DNA of 64,000 nucleotides from an uncultured Pelagibacteraceae bacterium (lineage in GTDB: Bacteria; Pseudomonadota; Alphaproteobacteria; Pelagibacterales; Pelagibacteraceae). Where the stretch lies: positions 5,133-69,132 of the forward strand of contig CACMTV010000004.1 of the NCBI GenBank assembly GCA_902616675.1, given 5' to 3'. The first letter of the stretch is position 1, and each line of letters begins with the position of its first letter. A model generated the notes under the pieces. That model saw nothing but the letters and a program-made list of their open reading frames with translations. It did no database searches and was not told the DNA's origin. Shown one piece after another: positions 10,648 through 19,717 of this stretch. The position numbers and the translations under genes were made by a program.

Positions 10648-11085
10648 TTAGTGTGGAGCTCTAAATCTATTATGACAGGATGAACAATTATTCCACATTA
10701 ACTCTTTTTGAATTTTTTGAAAATCTTTCACTGTGTTAATAGCTTTGGTTAATTCAATCATATCGTCTGAAGCTTTCTGCATCAATGCATTAAATTCATC
10801 TTTATTTTCCCAAATACTTGGTAAAGCCTCTGTTTTAAAACCTTCTTGTGTATTTTCAGGAAAATAATTTAATAATTCTTTATAGTTATTTGAAATTTTT
10901 TCCATAAGAGGTTTGGCTTCATCTATTCTTTTTGACTTTAATAAAATGGATATTTTTTTAGCGTTTTGATAGTTCTCACTAAACATAGCTTTTCTTCCTT
11001 TGATAATTTCTTCTACTTTTTGATTAGAATGTGACGGTATTAAAAAGAACGAAAAAAAGATTAATATTAAAATTAATTTTTTCAT
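10648..11085 (-). CDS. Cytochrome c' / c556 (class II cytochrome c), periplasmic
   Basis: Signal peptide, TEALPSIWENKDEF motif, C-terminal CSSCH heme-binding motif. Confidence 0.9.
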   Translation of the reverse strand: MKKLILILIFFSFFLIPSHSNQKVEEIIKGRKAMFSENYQNAKKISILLKSKRIDEAKPLMEKISNNYKELLNYFPENTQEGFKTEALPSIWENKDEFNALMQKASDDMIELTKAINTVKDFQKIQKELMWNNCSSCHNRFRAPH

Positions 11086-11088
11086 ATT

Positions 11089-11572
11089 TTATATTGTCAT
11101 GAATACAGAAAATTTCCCATCAATTAATTGATAAATGACATAAGGCTCTTCTTTTTCTCCAGGCATACCAGGTGTTCCTATTGGCATCCCAGGTAAGGCT
11201 ATTCCGTCTATATCAGGTTGTTCTTTTAACAACTTATTAACTGCCTGCAGTGGAACGTGGCCTTCAATAAAATATTTACCTATAATAGTAGTATGACAAG
11301 ACTGCATTTCAATTGGAATGTTATATTTTTTTTTTATTGAATGAAGGCTTCTCATATCTGTCTGCTTAACATTAAATTTTTCCTTTTCTAGAAACAAAAC
11401 ATATCCATAACAGCATCCACAGGACGGGGTTTTAAAAACCTCAACATTTAGTTTATTATTATTTGTGCTTGCTAATACTTTTTGTTTGTCTGCGACAAAA
11501 TTAAAAGCAAAAAAAAAGTGATAAGGATAAAATTAACAATATAATGAATTTTGTAAGATTTTTTAAAGTCAT
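11089..11572 (-). pseudogene. DUF411/CopG-like periplasmic metal-binding protein, +1 frameshift in A9 run at 11509-11517
   Basis: The frame upstream of the listed ORF contains KTPSCGCC; also SCHT, EGHVP and PGMPIGTPGM. The signal peptide MTLKNLTKFIILLILSLSLFF from ATG 11572 is 1 nt out of frame; corrected length is about 160 aa. Confidence 0.82.
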
Positions 11573-11590
11573 GTAATATTATAGTTAATA
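11573..11590. promoter_or_regulatory. Bidirectional -10 element between divergent leaderless genes
   Basis: TATAGT (+, 11580-11585) and TATAAT (-, 11583-11578) overlap, each 5 nt before its ATG; no SD on either side. Confidence 0.55.
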
Positions 11591-12121
11591 ATGAGGATAT
11601 TTAATAGCAATAAAGAATACGGTCTAGTAGGCAAATTGTTCCATTGGATTACTTTTTTAGCTTTATTATTACAAGTACCATTTGGATTTTATTTAGTTGG
11701 TCTTGAATTTTCAAGTGAGAGGATAGAGCTTGAAAATATTCACATATTGGTTGGTATAACAATTTTTTATTTTACTTTGTTTCGATTAATTTGGAAATTT
11801 TTTAACACTAGTCCTTCTGAAACAAAAAGTTTTTTTATAGGACAAGCTTTCATCGGGAAGGCTAATCACTTTTTGTTATATGTAAGTATATTTACCATAA
11901 CTATTTCAGGTATACTTAAAAAACTGTATATGGGAGAAACACTTAATTTCATATTTTTTAAATACGGTTTTAAAAAGGATAATTTTATTTTAGCTGATGC
12001 CTATTATGATGTTCATGTTTACGCTAATTATTTACTTTTAGCACTTGTAACACTTCATATTTTTGCAGTAATAGCTCATCATTTTATTTTTAAAGATAAA
12101 ATTCTTAAAAAAATATTATAA
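11591..12121 (+). CDS. Cytochrome b561 (YceJ/CybB-like)
   Basis: 4 TM segments, heme-ligand histidines (LFHW, NIHIL, VHVY, LHIFA), C-terminal HHFIFKDKILKKI. Confidence 0.88.
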   Translation: MRIFNSNKEYGLVGKLFHWITFLALLLQVPFGFYLVGLEFSSERIELENIHILVGITIFYFTLFRLIWKFFNTSPSETKSFFIGQAFIGKANHFLLYVSIFTITISGILKKLYMGETLNFIFFKYGFKKDNFILADAYYDVHVYANYLLLALVTLHIFAVIAHHFIFKDKILKKIL

Positions 12122-12143
12122 ATATAAAAAATATTCTTAATTG

Positions 12144-12479
12144 CTAAGCAATATCCAAACCATTTTCAGTTTTTTGAGAAGGATGCACTAGGACAACTTT
12201 TCCATCTTTTTCTATCGCTCCAAGCACTAAAACCTCTGATACTACACCAGCTATATTTTTAATCGGAAAATTACACACCCCTATAACTTGTTTGCCTACT
12301 AAATTATCAGCATTATAGTAATGCGTGATTTGAGCTGAAGATTGTTTAATACCAATTTCTTTTCCAAAATCTACTTTTATTACTAAAGAGGGTTTTTTAG
12401 CTTTTTCATTTTTTTTAACTTCTAAAACTGTGCCAACTTTGATTGAGACCTTTTTAAAATCTTCATAGTTAATTTCCAT
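12144..12479 (-). CDS. csaA: CsaA-like tRNA-binding OB-fold protein / secretion chaperone
   Basis: DFKKVSIKVGTV, DFG..IGIKQSSAQIT and NFPIKNIAG..SEVLVLG motifs. Confidence 0.9.
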   Translation of the reverse strand: MEINYEDFKKVSIKVGTVLEVKKNEKAKKPSLVIKVDFGKEIGIKQSSAQITHYYNADNLVGKQVIGVCNFPIKNIAGVVSEVLVLGAIEKDGKVVLVHPSQKTENGLDIA

Positions 12480-12492
12480 TTTATCTCCTTAT

Positions 12493-12520
12493 AAAAAAAA
12501 GGGGGCTTACGCCCCCTTTT
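12493..12520 (-). terminator. Intrinsic terminator after ABC substrate-binding gene
   Basis: Minus strand GGGGGC-GTAA-GCCCCC followed by T8. Confidence 0.9.
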
Positions 12521-12539
12521 AAATTTTTAAATTAAATAA

Positions 12540-13643
12540 TTATAATTGTTTATAATTACCTTTGCTCCACTCATAAAAAACGTAACCTGGTAAACTTACG
12601 TCACCTTTTTTATCAAAGCTTAAAGTTCCAAGCACTGTATTGAATTTTCCTTTTTTCATTGCTTTAAGAACTTTTTTTCTATCAAGAGATCCAGCTTGAG
12701 TTGCAGCTTGTTCAAATACTTGTAACGCAGCATATGAATAAAGCACGTAACCTTCCGGCTCAATTCCTGCAGCTTTGAACTTTTTAACTAATGGTGCAGC
12801 TTCTGGATTATTTCTTGGGTCTGGACTGAAAGTCATTAAAGTACCTTCACCAGCATCACCAGTAATTTGCCAGTACTCTGCAGTCACTAATGCGTCTCCA
12901 CTGATCAATTTAGTTTTCATACCTTGGTCTCTCATTTGTCTTACGATTAGACCACCTTCAGTATGGTAACCTCCAAGATAAACAGCTTCGATACCATTTG
13001 ATTTAAGTTTTGAAACTAAAGCAGAATAATCTTTTTCACCTGCTGTAATAGCTTCGTACATAGTTTCTTTTAATCCACCTTTATTCATGTTTTTCTTAGT
13101 TGCATCTGCTAAACCTTTTCCGTAAGCAGTTTTGTCATGAATAATTGCAACTTTTTTTCCACTGTATTCTTTTGCTAAGAATGCACCTGCAACTTCACCT
13201 TGCTGGTCATCTCTACCGCAAACTCTAAATACATTCGGTCCACCTTTGTCTGTGAACGCTGGATTAGTTGATGCTGGAGATACTTGGATTATACCTTCTT
13301 CAGTGTAAACTTTAGAAGCTGGTATAGAAGATCCTGAACAGAAATGTCCAGCAACATAAGTTACTCCTTGACCTGCAAATTTGTTTGCTACAGCCACAGC
13401 TTGTTTTGGATCGCAAGCGTCATCACCTATTACTAATTTAACTTTTTCTCCCAAAATACCACCCTTTGCATTAGTATCTTTTAACCACATTTCAGCACCA
13501 GCTTTTAACTGAGCACCAAAAGATGCGTATTGACCACTCATTGGTCCAGCAGAAGCTACAACAACGTCAGCTTTTGCAGTTATTGATCCTAATAAAAAGA
13601 TTGAAGCAATTATTGAAAGAATATTTTTCATAATCTTAAACAT
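12540..13643 (-). CDS. livJ: Branched-chain amino acid ABC substrate-binding protein (LivJ/LivK)
   Basis: GPMSGQYA, DDACDPKQAVAVAN, GHFCSGSSIPAS, GRDDQQG and HDKTAYGKGLA motifs. Confidence 0.93.
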   Translation of the reverse strand: MFKIMKNILSIIASIFLLGSITAKADVVVASAGPMSGQYASFGAQLKAGAEMWLKDTNAKGGILGEKVKLVIGDDACDPKQAVAVANKFAGQGVTYVAGHFCSGSSIPASKVYTEEGIIQVSPASTNPAFTDKGGPNVFRVCGRDDQQGEVAGAFLAKEYSGKKVAIIHDKTAYGKGLADATKKNMNKGGLKETMYEAITAGEKDYSALVSKLKSNGIEAVYLGGYHTEGGLIVRQMRDQGMKTKLISGDALVTAEYWQITGDAGEGTLMTFSPDPRNNPEAAPLVKKFKAAGIEPEGYVLYSYAALQVFEQAATQAGSLDRKKVLKAMKKGKFNTVLGTLSFDKKGDVSLPGYVFYEWSKGNYKQL

Positions 13644-13659
13644 ATGTTCCTCTTTTTGT

Positions 13660-13678
13660 TGTTAATTAATTAATTAAT
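13660..13678. repeat. 19-nt (TTAA)4 leader element, copy 1
   Basis: TGTTAATTAATTAATTAAT, identical to 29460-29478; just upstream of the RBS of the binding-protein gene. Confidence 0.7.
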
Positions 13679-13726
13679 TTTGATTATTCAACACTACCTT
13701 TAGTTTTTTGTAAATATGGAAAAATG

Positions 13727-14446
13727 TTATTTTTTTCCACCACCCTCTAAATAAGCGGCTTGAATATCCTTGTTTTTCAATAGGTCTTGACCGGTTCCCT
13801 CTAATGTTACATTTCCGTTGACTAAAACATAACCTCTGTCCGCTAACTCTAAAGCCTTTTTGGCATTTTGTTCAACTAAGAAAATGGTAACTTTTTTTTC
13901 TTTATTTATATTTTTAATTGCCGCGAAAATTTGGTTAACAAGTTTTGGAGCTATACCTAAAGAAGGTTCATCTAAAAGAAGCATTGTCGGCTTAGCCATC
14001 AAAGCTCTACCTATCGCTAACATTTGTTGCTCACCTCCTGATAATGTTCCTCCCCTTTGGCTAAGTCTGTCTTTTAAAACTGGAAATAAATCGTAAACAT
14101 CTTTTACGTCGTTATCAAAGTTTTTTCCTTTATCATTTGATGAAGCACCTAATCTCAAATTATCTTCCACTGATAATCTTGAAAATATTCTTCTTCCTTC
14201 AGGAACTTGTGAAATACCCAAGTTTACAATGTCATGTGGTGGCAAACTTTCAATATTTTTATCATCAAATTTAATTTCACCTGTAGCAGCTTTGTTTACT
14301 CCGCTAATTGTCATTAGCAAAGTCGATTTACCCGCTCCATTAGATCCTATTAAAGAGACGATTTCTCCACTATTCACCTTAACATTTACTCCTCTTAAGG
14401 CCTGTATATTTCCATAAAAAGTTTCAACATTAGAAATTGATAACAT
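13727..14446 (-). CDS. livF: Liv-type ABC ATP-binding protein
   Basis: GSNGAGKST, VPEGRRIF, LSGGEQQMLAIGRALM and DEPSLG motifs. Confidence 0.95.
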   Translation of the reverse strand: MLSISNVETFYGNIQALRGVNVKVNSGEIVSLIGSNGAGKSTLLMTISGVNKAATGEIKFDDKNIESLPPHDIVNLGISQVPEGRRIFSRLSVEDNLRLGASSNDKGKNFDNDVKDVYDLFPVLKDRLSQRGGTLSGGEQQMLAIGRALMAKPTMLLLDEPSLGIAPKLVNQIFAAIKNINKEKKVTIFLVEQNAKKALELADRGYVLVNGNVTLEGTGQDLLKNKDIQAAYLEGGGKK

Positions 14447-15240
14447 TATTCCTCCGTACCTAAATAAGCCTCGATAACTTCAGGGCTATTTTTTGTTTCT
14501 TTAGCAGATCCTTGAAAAATCTTTTTTCCATAATTTAAAACTACAACATGATCTGATATTTCCATTACAACGCTCATATCGTGCTCTATAAGAAGAATGC
14601 CTGTTTTTTTTTCATTTTTTATAAATAAAAGTAATTTGTTTAACTCAGCAGACTCTTTAGCGTTAAGCCCTGCAGCTGGTTCATCTAGACATAACAAATG
14701 TGGATTAATACACATGGCTCTTACAATCTCTAATTTTCTTTGATCGCCGTAAGGTAAATCACCGGCATCGTCGTCTGCTCTGTGTGTTAAACCAATTATA
14801 TCTAGCCAGTATTTTGAAATTCCTACTGCTTCTTTTTCTTTTTTTACAAAAGAAGGTGAGTTAAATAATCCAAGAATAGTAAAACCAGAAGCATCCATTA
14901 ATTTGTTATGCTGAGCAACCATAAGATTTTCCAAAACTGACATTTGAGGGAAAAGCCTTATGTTTTGAAAAGTTCTGGCAACTCCAGCTTTTTGTGCCAC
15001 TTTAAAATCAGAAAATTTTCTTAGGTTTAATCTTTCATTTTCTTTATTTAAAAACATTGAGCCAGCACTAGCCTTATAAAAACCTGTTAAGCAATTAAAT
15101 ACGGTTGTTTTGCCTGCACCATTTGGACCAATTATTGAGGTAATTTTATCTTTATCAGCAGAAAAAGATAAATTATCAATAGCTACTAGACCTCCAAATT
15201 TCATTGTTAAGTTTTCTACATCTAATAATTTTTGACTCAT
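14446..15240 (-). CDS. livG: Liv-type ABC ATP-binding protein
   Basis: GPNGAGKTTVFNCLTGFY, ARTFQNIRLF, LPYGDQRKLEI and DEPAAGLN motifs. Confidence 0.95.
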   Translation of the reverse strand: MSQKLLDVENLTMKFGGLVAIDNLSFSADKDKITSIIGPNGAGKTTVFNCLTGFYKASAGSMFLNKENERLNLRKFSDFKVAQKAGVARTFQNIRLFPQMSVLENLMVAQHNKLMDASGFTILGLFNSPSFVKKEKEAVGISKYWLDIIGLTHRADDDAGDLPYGDQRKLEIVRAMCINPHLLCLDEPAAGLNAKESAELNKLLLFIKNEKKTGILLIEHDMSVVMEISDHVVVLNYGKKIFQGSAKETKNSPEVIEAYLGTEE

Positions 15241-16511
15241 TTTGATGAACTCTTTTCTAATGTTATTGTTGGTTTTCTTGTTGCTAAAATTCCTCTTGGT
15301 CTAAAAATCATGATTAGAACCATGGCACCACCAAATGCAATCATCCTATAAGACTCGAAGTCCCTAAAAACTTCAATTAGTCCAATTAAGAAAACAGTAG
15401 CTAGCACAACTCCAGTCTGCGAACCCATTCCTCCAAGAACCACTATTGCAACTATTATAGCTGATTCAATAAAAGTAAAACTCTCTGGACTTATAAACGC
15501 TTGTCTAGTTGCGAAAAATGAACCTGCAAATCCTCCAAACATCGCTCCAATAGCGAAGGCAGTAAGTTTTGTATTTCTTGGATTAACACCTAATGATTTA
15601 CATGCTATTTCATCTTCCCTTAAAGCTTCCCAAGCTCTTCCAATTGGAAGTCTTCTTATCTTAATTGTAAAAAGATTAGTAATTAAAGCTAAAACTAATA
15701 TTAAGTAATATAAGAAAATAATTCTTTGCATTGGATCATATTCAATGCCAAAAAAAGTATGAAATGTTTGTTCTCCTTCATCTGGAAAACTTTTAAAAGG
15801 TAAACCAAAAAAAGAAGGTCTTGGTATTCCTGTTAGCCCATCAGGACCTTTTGTAAGTTGATACCAATTTAAAAGTAAAATTCTGATCATTTCTCCAAAA
15901 GCAAGAGTTACAATCGCTAAATAATCTCCTCTTAACCTTAAAACTGGGAAACCTAAAAGAACTCCAAACATAGCTGCGAATATTCCAGCTATAGGTAAAC
16001 AAATCCAGAATGACCAACCAAAATGGATTGCAAACAATGCATATGAATATGCACCGACTGCATAAAATGCTACATATCCTAGATCTAATAAGCCTGCTAA
16101 ACCAATTACAATATTTAAGCCCCATCCAAGCATTATGTAAGTTAACATCATGATGGCGATATCCATCAGGTATCTATCTGTAAAAGGAAGGAAAGGAAAA
16201 ATTACCGAAAATATAATTGCAGTTAAAGCTATTTGATAACCTTTTGTATCTAAAAAATTGCTTATTGATTTACCTATGCTTGTTTGAATTCCAGTTTTTT
16301 GATCTCGATTGTAAACGTAAAGATTTGTAAGGAATCTCCCAACAGCGCAAACTATGACTATAATTAAAACAATGAACCACTTAGGATGAACCTCAAGAAC
16401 TTCATTTTTTGCAACTGTCCTTAGACCTACAATTGGACCGAAAAGCGCAAGGGCTATTAAACCTGTGAATAAACTGTCTTTAATTGACGTTTGAAAAAAT
16501 TTTTTTTCCAT
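15237..16511 (-). CDS. livM: Liv-type ABC permease
   Basis: GLAGLLDLGYVAFYAVGAY, LRLRGDYLAIVTL and GRAWEALREDE motifs; ATG 16511 just after the livH stop is the probable start. Confidence 0.95.
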   Translation of the reverse strand: MEKKFFQTSIKDSLFTGLIALALFGPIVGLRTVAKNEVLEVHPKWFIVLIIVIVCAVGRFLTNLYVYNRDQKTGIQTSIGKSISNFLDTKGYQIALTAIIFSVIFPFLPFTDRYLMDIAIMMLTYIMLGWGLNIVIGLAGLLDLGYVAFYAVGAYSYALFAIHFGWSFWICLPIAGIFAAMFGVLLGFPVLRLRGDYLAIVTLAFGEMIRILLLNWYQLTKGPDGLTGIPRPSFFGLPFKSFPDEGEQTFHTFFGIEYDPMQRIIFLYYLILVLALITNLFTIKIRRLPIGRAWEALREDEIACKSLGVNPRNTKLTAFAIGAMFGGFAGSFFATRQAFISPESFTFIESAIIVAIVVLGGMGSQTGVVLATVFLIGLIEVFRDFESYRMIAFGGAMVLIMIFRPRGILATRKPTITLEKSSSK

Positions 16512-16512
16512 A

Positions 16513-17430
16513 TTAAACCTTTTCAATATCTGGTTTTCCTAAAAAACCAGTTGGAAAAAAGATTAATACGACAACTAAAACTGTAAACGCCGCAATATCT
16601 TTATATTCAATTGAAATATATCCTGACCAAAATACTTCGATTAAACCTATTAATAATCCACCAAGCATAGCGCCTGGAACAGATCCAATTCCACCTAATA
16701 CTGCAGCCGTAAATGCTTTGATACCTGCTAAAAATCCTATGTAGAAATCTATGACACCATAATACATGACAAACATCATTCCAGCTACTGATGCTAAGGA
16801 AGAACCAATTATAAATGTAATTGAAATAGTTCGATCTACATTAATTCCCATCAATGCAGTCATTGTTCTATCTTGTTCACAAGCTCGTTGTGCTCTTCCC
16901 AAAGCAGTTTTAGTAATTAGAAGAGTAAAAATTGCCATTAAAACTATTGTCACTAGAACTATAAATATTTGAAGATAACTTAAAGAAACTGTAAAACCTG
17001 TATCCTCCATAAAAGTAAATCCGCCCTGAATAACAGGTTGCAACGTTTTAATTCTAGCTCCTTGTGCTGCTTGAACATAATTTTGCAAAACAATCGACAT
17101 TCCTAAAGCAGAAATAAGTGGAGCAAGTCTGAAAGATTTTCTCAATGGTTTATAAGCTAGTTTTTCAACAGTCCAGCCGTAACAAGCTGTAAATACCATA
17201 GCGATTAGTAAAGTAAGTAACAAAACTATTGGTAGCGCAATACTGGTTAGTGCAAAAAGAATAAAAGAAATTAAAGCAATGAATGCTCCTACCATGAAGA
17301 TATCTCCATGAGCGAAATTTATCATTCCGATTATGCCGTAAACCATGGTGTAACCAATTGCTATCAAGCCGTAAACCGAGCCTAATGTTACACCGTTTAT
17401 TAATTGTTGTAAGAAATACGCCGTATCCAT
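16513..17430 (-). CDS. livH: Liv-type ABC permease
   Basis: QQLINGVTLGSVYGLIAIGYTMVYGIIGMINFAHG and KAFTAAVLGGIGS motifs. Confidence 0.96.
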   Translation of the reverse strand: MDTAYFLQQLINGVTLGSVYGLIAIGYTMVYGIIGMINFAHGDIFMVGAFIALISFILFALTSIALPIVLLLTLLIAMVFTACYGWTVEKLAYKPLRKSFRLAPLISALGMSIVLQNYVQAAQGARIKTLQPVIQGGFTFMEDTGFTVSLSYLQIFIVLVTIVLMAIFTLLITKTALGRAQRACEQDRTMTALMGINVDRTISITFIIGSSLASVAGMMFVMYYGVIDFYIGFLAGIKAFTAAVLGGIGSVPGAMLGGLLIGLIEVFWSGYISIEYKDIAAFTVLVVVLIFFPTGFLGKPDIEKV

Positions 17431-17437
17431 ATAAAGT

Positions 17438-18196
17438 TTAAAATTTTTTAAAGATGCTATTTAAAACTTTTTGTTGGACTTTGTAAAATTTCTTTTTTTT
17501 GAGCTCTTTAAGCACGAAAGCATTGGTTCCTCCAGGGGTTTGAGATTCTACTACCAGTTGTTTTAAAGATATTTTATTTTTGTTCACTGCGTCCTCGGAC
17601 AGAGCCAAAAAGAGTTCTCTCGTATAATTCTCCGCTTCATTTCTTTTTATTCCTTTAGAGACCAACCAACTACTTGTCTCATTTAATAAATTATAAAAGG
17701 ATGCCATAAATGATGAGGTTGCCCAAAAACTTTTCGATTTATTTTCACTTGTTAATTCTATTACTTTTCCTAAGTGCTTAAAAAAATTTTTTAATTTATT
17801 GTCTTTTGGGCAAATTATAATTGGTCCCTTTCTCATTCCTATAAAAGGCAAAGGAATTACTCTTGAAACATTTCTATTTTTTGTAATTTTTTTTAATCGG
17901 TTTATATTTATTGTTGAGATTAAACTTATTACCTTTTTAGATTTATTAAAACTTAATCTTTTCAATATTTTATTTCCTACATTTGGAGTGACAGCTAAGA
18001 AAACCCAAGAAGATCTATCTATTACTTGTTGATTGTTATTTGAAACAATCACTTTTTTAAATCTTTTACTTAATTTTTTTGATATTGATTTGTTTCGAGG
18101 GGAGATGAAAATTTTTTTGATTTTAAGTTTTGATTTAAAAATACCTTCAATGATTGAAGATGTAATATGACCTGAGCCTAAAAATCCTATATTCAT
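17438..18196 (-). CDS. proC: Pyrroline-5-carboxylate reductase family protein
   Basis: N-terminal GFLGSGHI Rossmann fold, C-terminal TPGGTN motif; divergent sequence. Confidence 0.72.
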   Translation of the reverse strand: MNIGFLGSGHITSSIIEGIFKSKLKIKKIFISPRNKSISKKLSKRFKKVIVSNNNQQVIDRSSWVFLAVTPNVGNKILKRLSFNKSKKVISLISTININRLKKITKNRNVSRVIPLPFIGMRKGPIIICPKDNKLKNFFKHLGKVIELTSENKSKSFWATSSFMASFYNLLNETSSWLVSKGIKRNEAENYTRELFLALSEDAVNKNKISLKQLVVESQTPGGTNAFVLKELKKKKFYKVQQKVLNSIFKKF

Positions 18197-18201
18197 AAAT
18201 A

Positions 18202-19275
18202 ATGCAGAATAACCAGTCTATACCAATTAATAAAGAAAATTTTAAACTCATTTTTTCAAAAGAGTTTATTTTAGTAATAATATTTTCAATACCTGCAGCA
18301 ATTTCTGCAGAATATTTTAATATTCCTTTAGCATGGTTTTTGGGTCCAATGGTTATAACGTCACTAATGTCTCTTTTTGGTTTAAAACTAGTAATGCCAA
18401 GATTGGTTCTTAGTATAATTCTAATTTTACTTGGACTTTATATTGGAAACTATATTGACAAAAATTTATTTTCACAAATGCATCAATGGATTTGGACTTC
18501 CCTAATAATGTTAGGATATATTATTTTAAGTGTTTTATTAGTCTCTAAATATCTCGAAAAATTTTCTGGATATGAAAAAAAAACATCAATTTTTTCTGCA
18601 GCTCCAGGAGCTTTGGGTCCACTACTTATTTTAGCTGAGGATGAAAAATCTGATCTAAGTCAGGTTGCAACATCTCACTTAATAAGGTTGATTATTATTA
18701 TTACTGTGTTTCCATTTATTGTAGATAGTTTTTATGATCAAAATAGAATTGAAAAAGTAGACGAGGTTATTGATCAAAGTACTTATGATTTATTTATTTT
18801 AATTTTTTTGTCTTTATTGATTATTTTTGTTTTTGATAAAATAAAAGTTCCCGCAGCACTTTTAGCTGGCACACTTGTTGCTAGTGGATTATTGCAGATT
18901 ACTGAAGTTGCGAGTTATAAATTATCTCCAAGTATAATCGATTTTTGTTTATTAATACTTGGATCATCAGTAGGCTGTAGATTTGCCAATAAAACATTTA
19001 GTGAAATTGGAAAGAACGCATTACATAGTTTTGTAGCTACATTTTTCTTAGTTGTTCTAGGTCTTTTGGCTGCATATGTAGCAAGCTTAGTGATAGATAA
19101 AAATTTCTTTACTCTATTATTATCCTATTGCCCAGGAGGAATTTATGAAGTTGCAGTAATTGCAATTTTTTTCGATTTGGATCCTGAATTTGTATCTTTT
19201 CACCACATTATTAGATTATTAATGATCTTGTTTATTGTGCCAGTAATCTTGCGGTTAATGCAGAAAAAAACCTAA
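18202..19275 (+). CDS. AbrB-family (putative ammonia monooxygenase-like) duplicated membrane protein
   Basis: PLAWFLGPM, APGALG...HLIRL and CPGGIYEV...FHHIIRL internal repeat. Confidence 0.85.
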   Translation: MQNNQSIPINKENFKLIFSKEFILVIIFSIPAAISAEYFNIPLAWFLGPMVITSLMSLFGLKLVMPRLVLSIILILLGLYIGNYIDKNLFSQMHQWIWTSLIMLGYIILSVLLVSKYLEKFSGYEKKTSIFSAAPGALGPLLILAEDEKSDLSQVATSHLIRLIIIITVFPFIVDSFYDQNRIEKVDEVIDQSTYDLFILIFLSLLIIFVFDKIKVPAALLAGTLVASGLLQITEVASYKLSPSIIDFCLLILGSSVGCRFANKTFSEIGKNALHSFVATFFLVVLGLLAAYVASLVIDKNFFTLLLSYCPGGIYEVAVIAIFFDLDPEFVSFHHIIRLLMILFIVPVILRLMQKKT

Positions 19276-19325
19276 TTTTAACCTCTCGTTTTTGACATTA
19301 ATTAAAATTTAGAGTTAAATTTGTC

Positions 19326-19712
19326 ATGGCAAATTTTTTTGATCTGGTAGGAAGAATAATGATTTCAGCTATTTTTTTATTTAGCGGAATTGATAAAATC
19401 TTTAAATATGATGGCACTGTAGGCTGGATGGAAAGTTTTGGTATGCCTGGATTTTTATTAGTTCCAGCAATTATAATTGAGATATTATTTCCACTTATGG
19501 TTATTGTTGGATATAAAACAAGATTTGCCGCTGGAGGTCTTTTATTATTTTCTTTATTAACCGCTTTTATTTTCCACTTTGATTTCTCTAATCAAATGCA
19601 GGTAATTGCATTCCTTAAAAATATTGGTCTTGCAGGTGGAATGTTATTTTTAGTTGTTCATGGTGCTAAAGATTTTTCAATGGAGAAGAAAAAAAAATAC
19701 GTTCGTTTATAA
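19326..19712 (+). CDS. DoxX family membrane protein
   Basis: GRIMISAIFLFSGIDK and FLKNIGLAGG motifs. Confidence 0.9.
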   Translation: MANFFDLVGRIMISAIFLFSGIDKIFKYDGTVGWMESFGMPGFLLVPAIIIEILFPLMVIVGYKTRFAAGGLLLFSLLTAFIFHFDFSNQMQVIAFLKNIGLAGGMLFLVVHGAKDFSMEKKKKYVRL

Positions 19713-19717
19713 AAAAT

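Noticed and set aside
13660-13678. (TTAA)4 as a CtrA box or CRISPR/mobile repeat
   Set aside because: Spacings are N0/N4/N8, not the TTAA-N7-TTAA of CtrA; only two dispersed exact copies, with no spacers, cas or transposase genes
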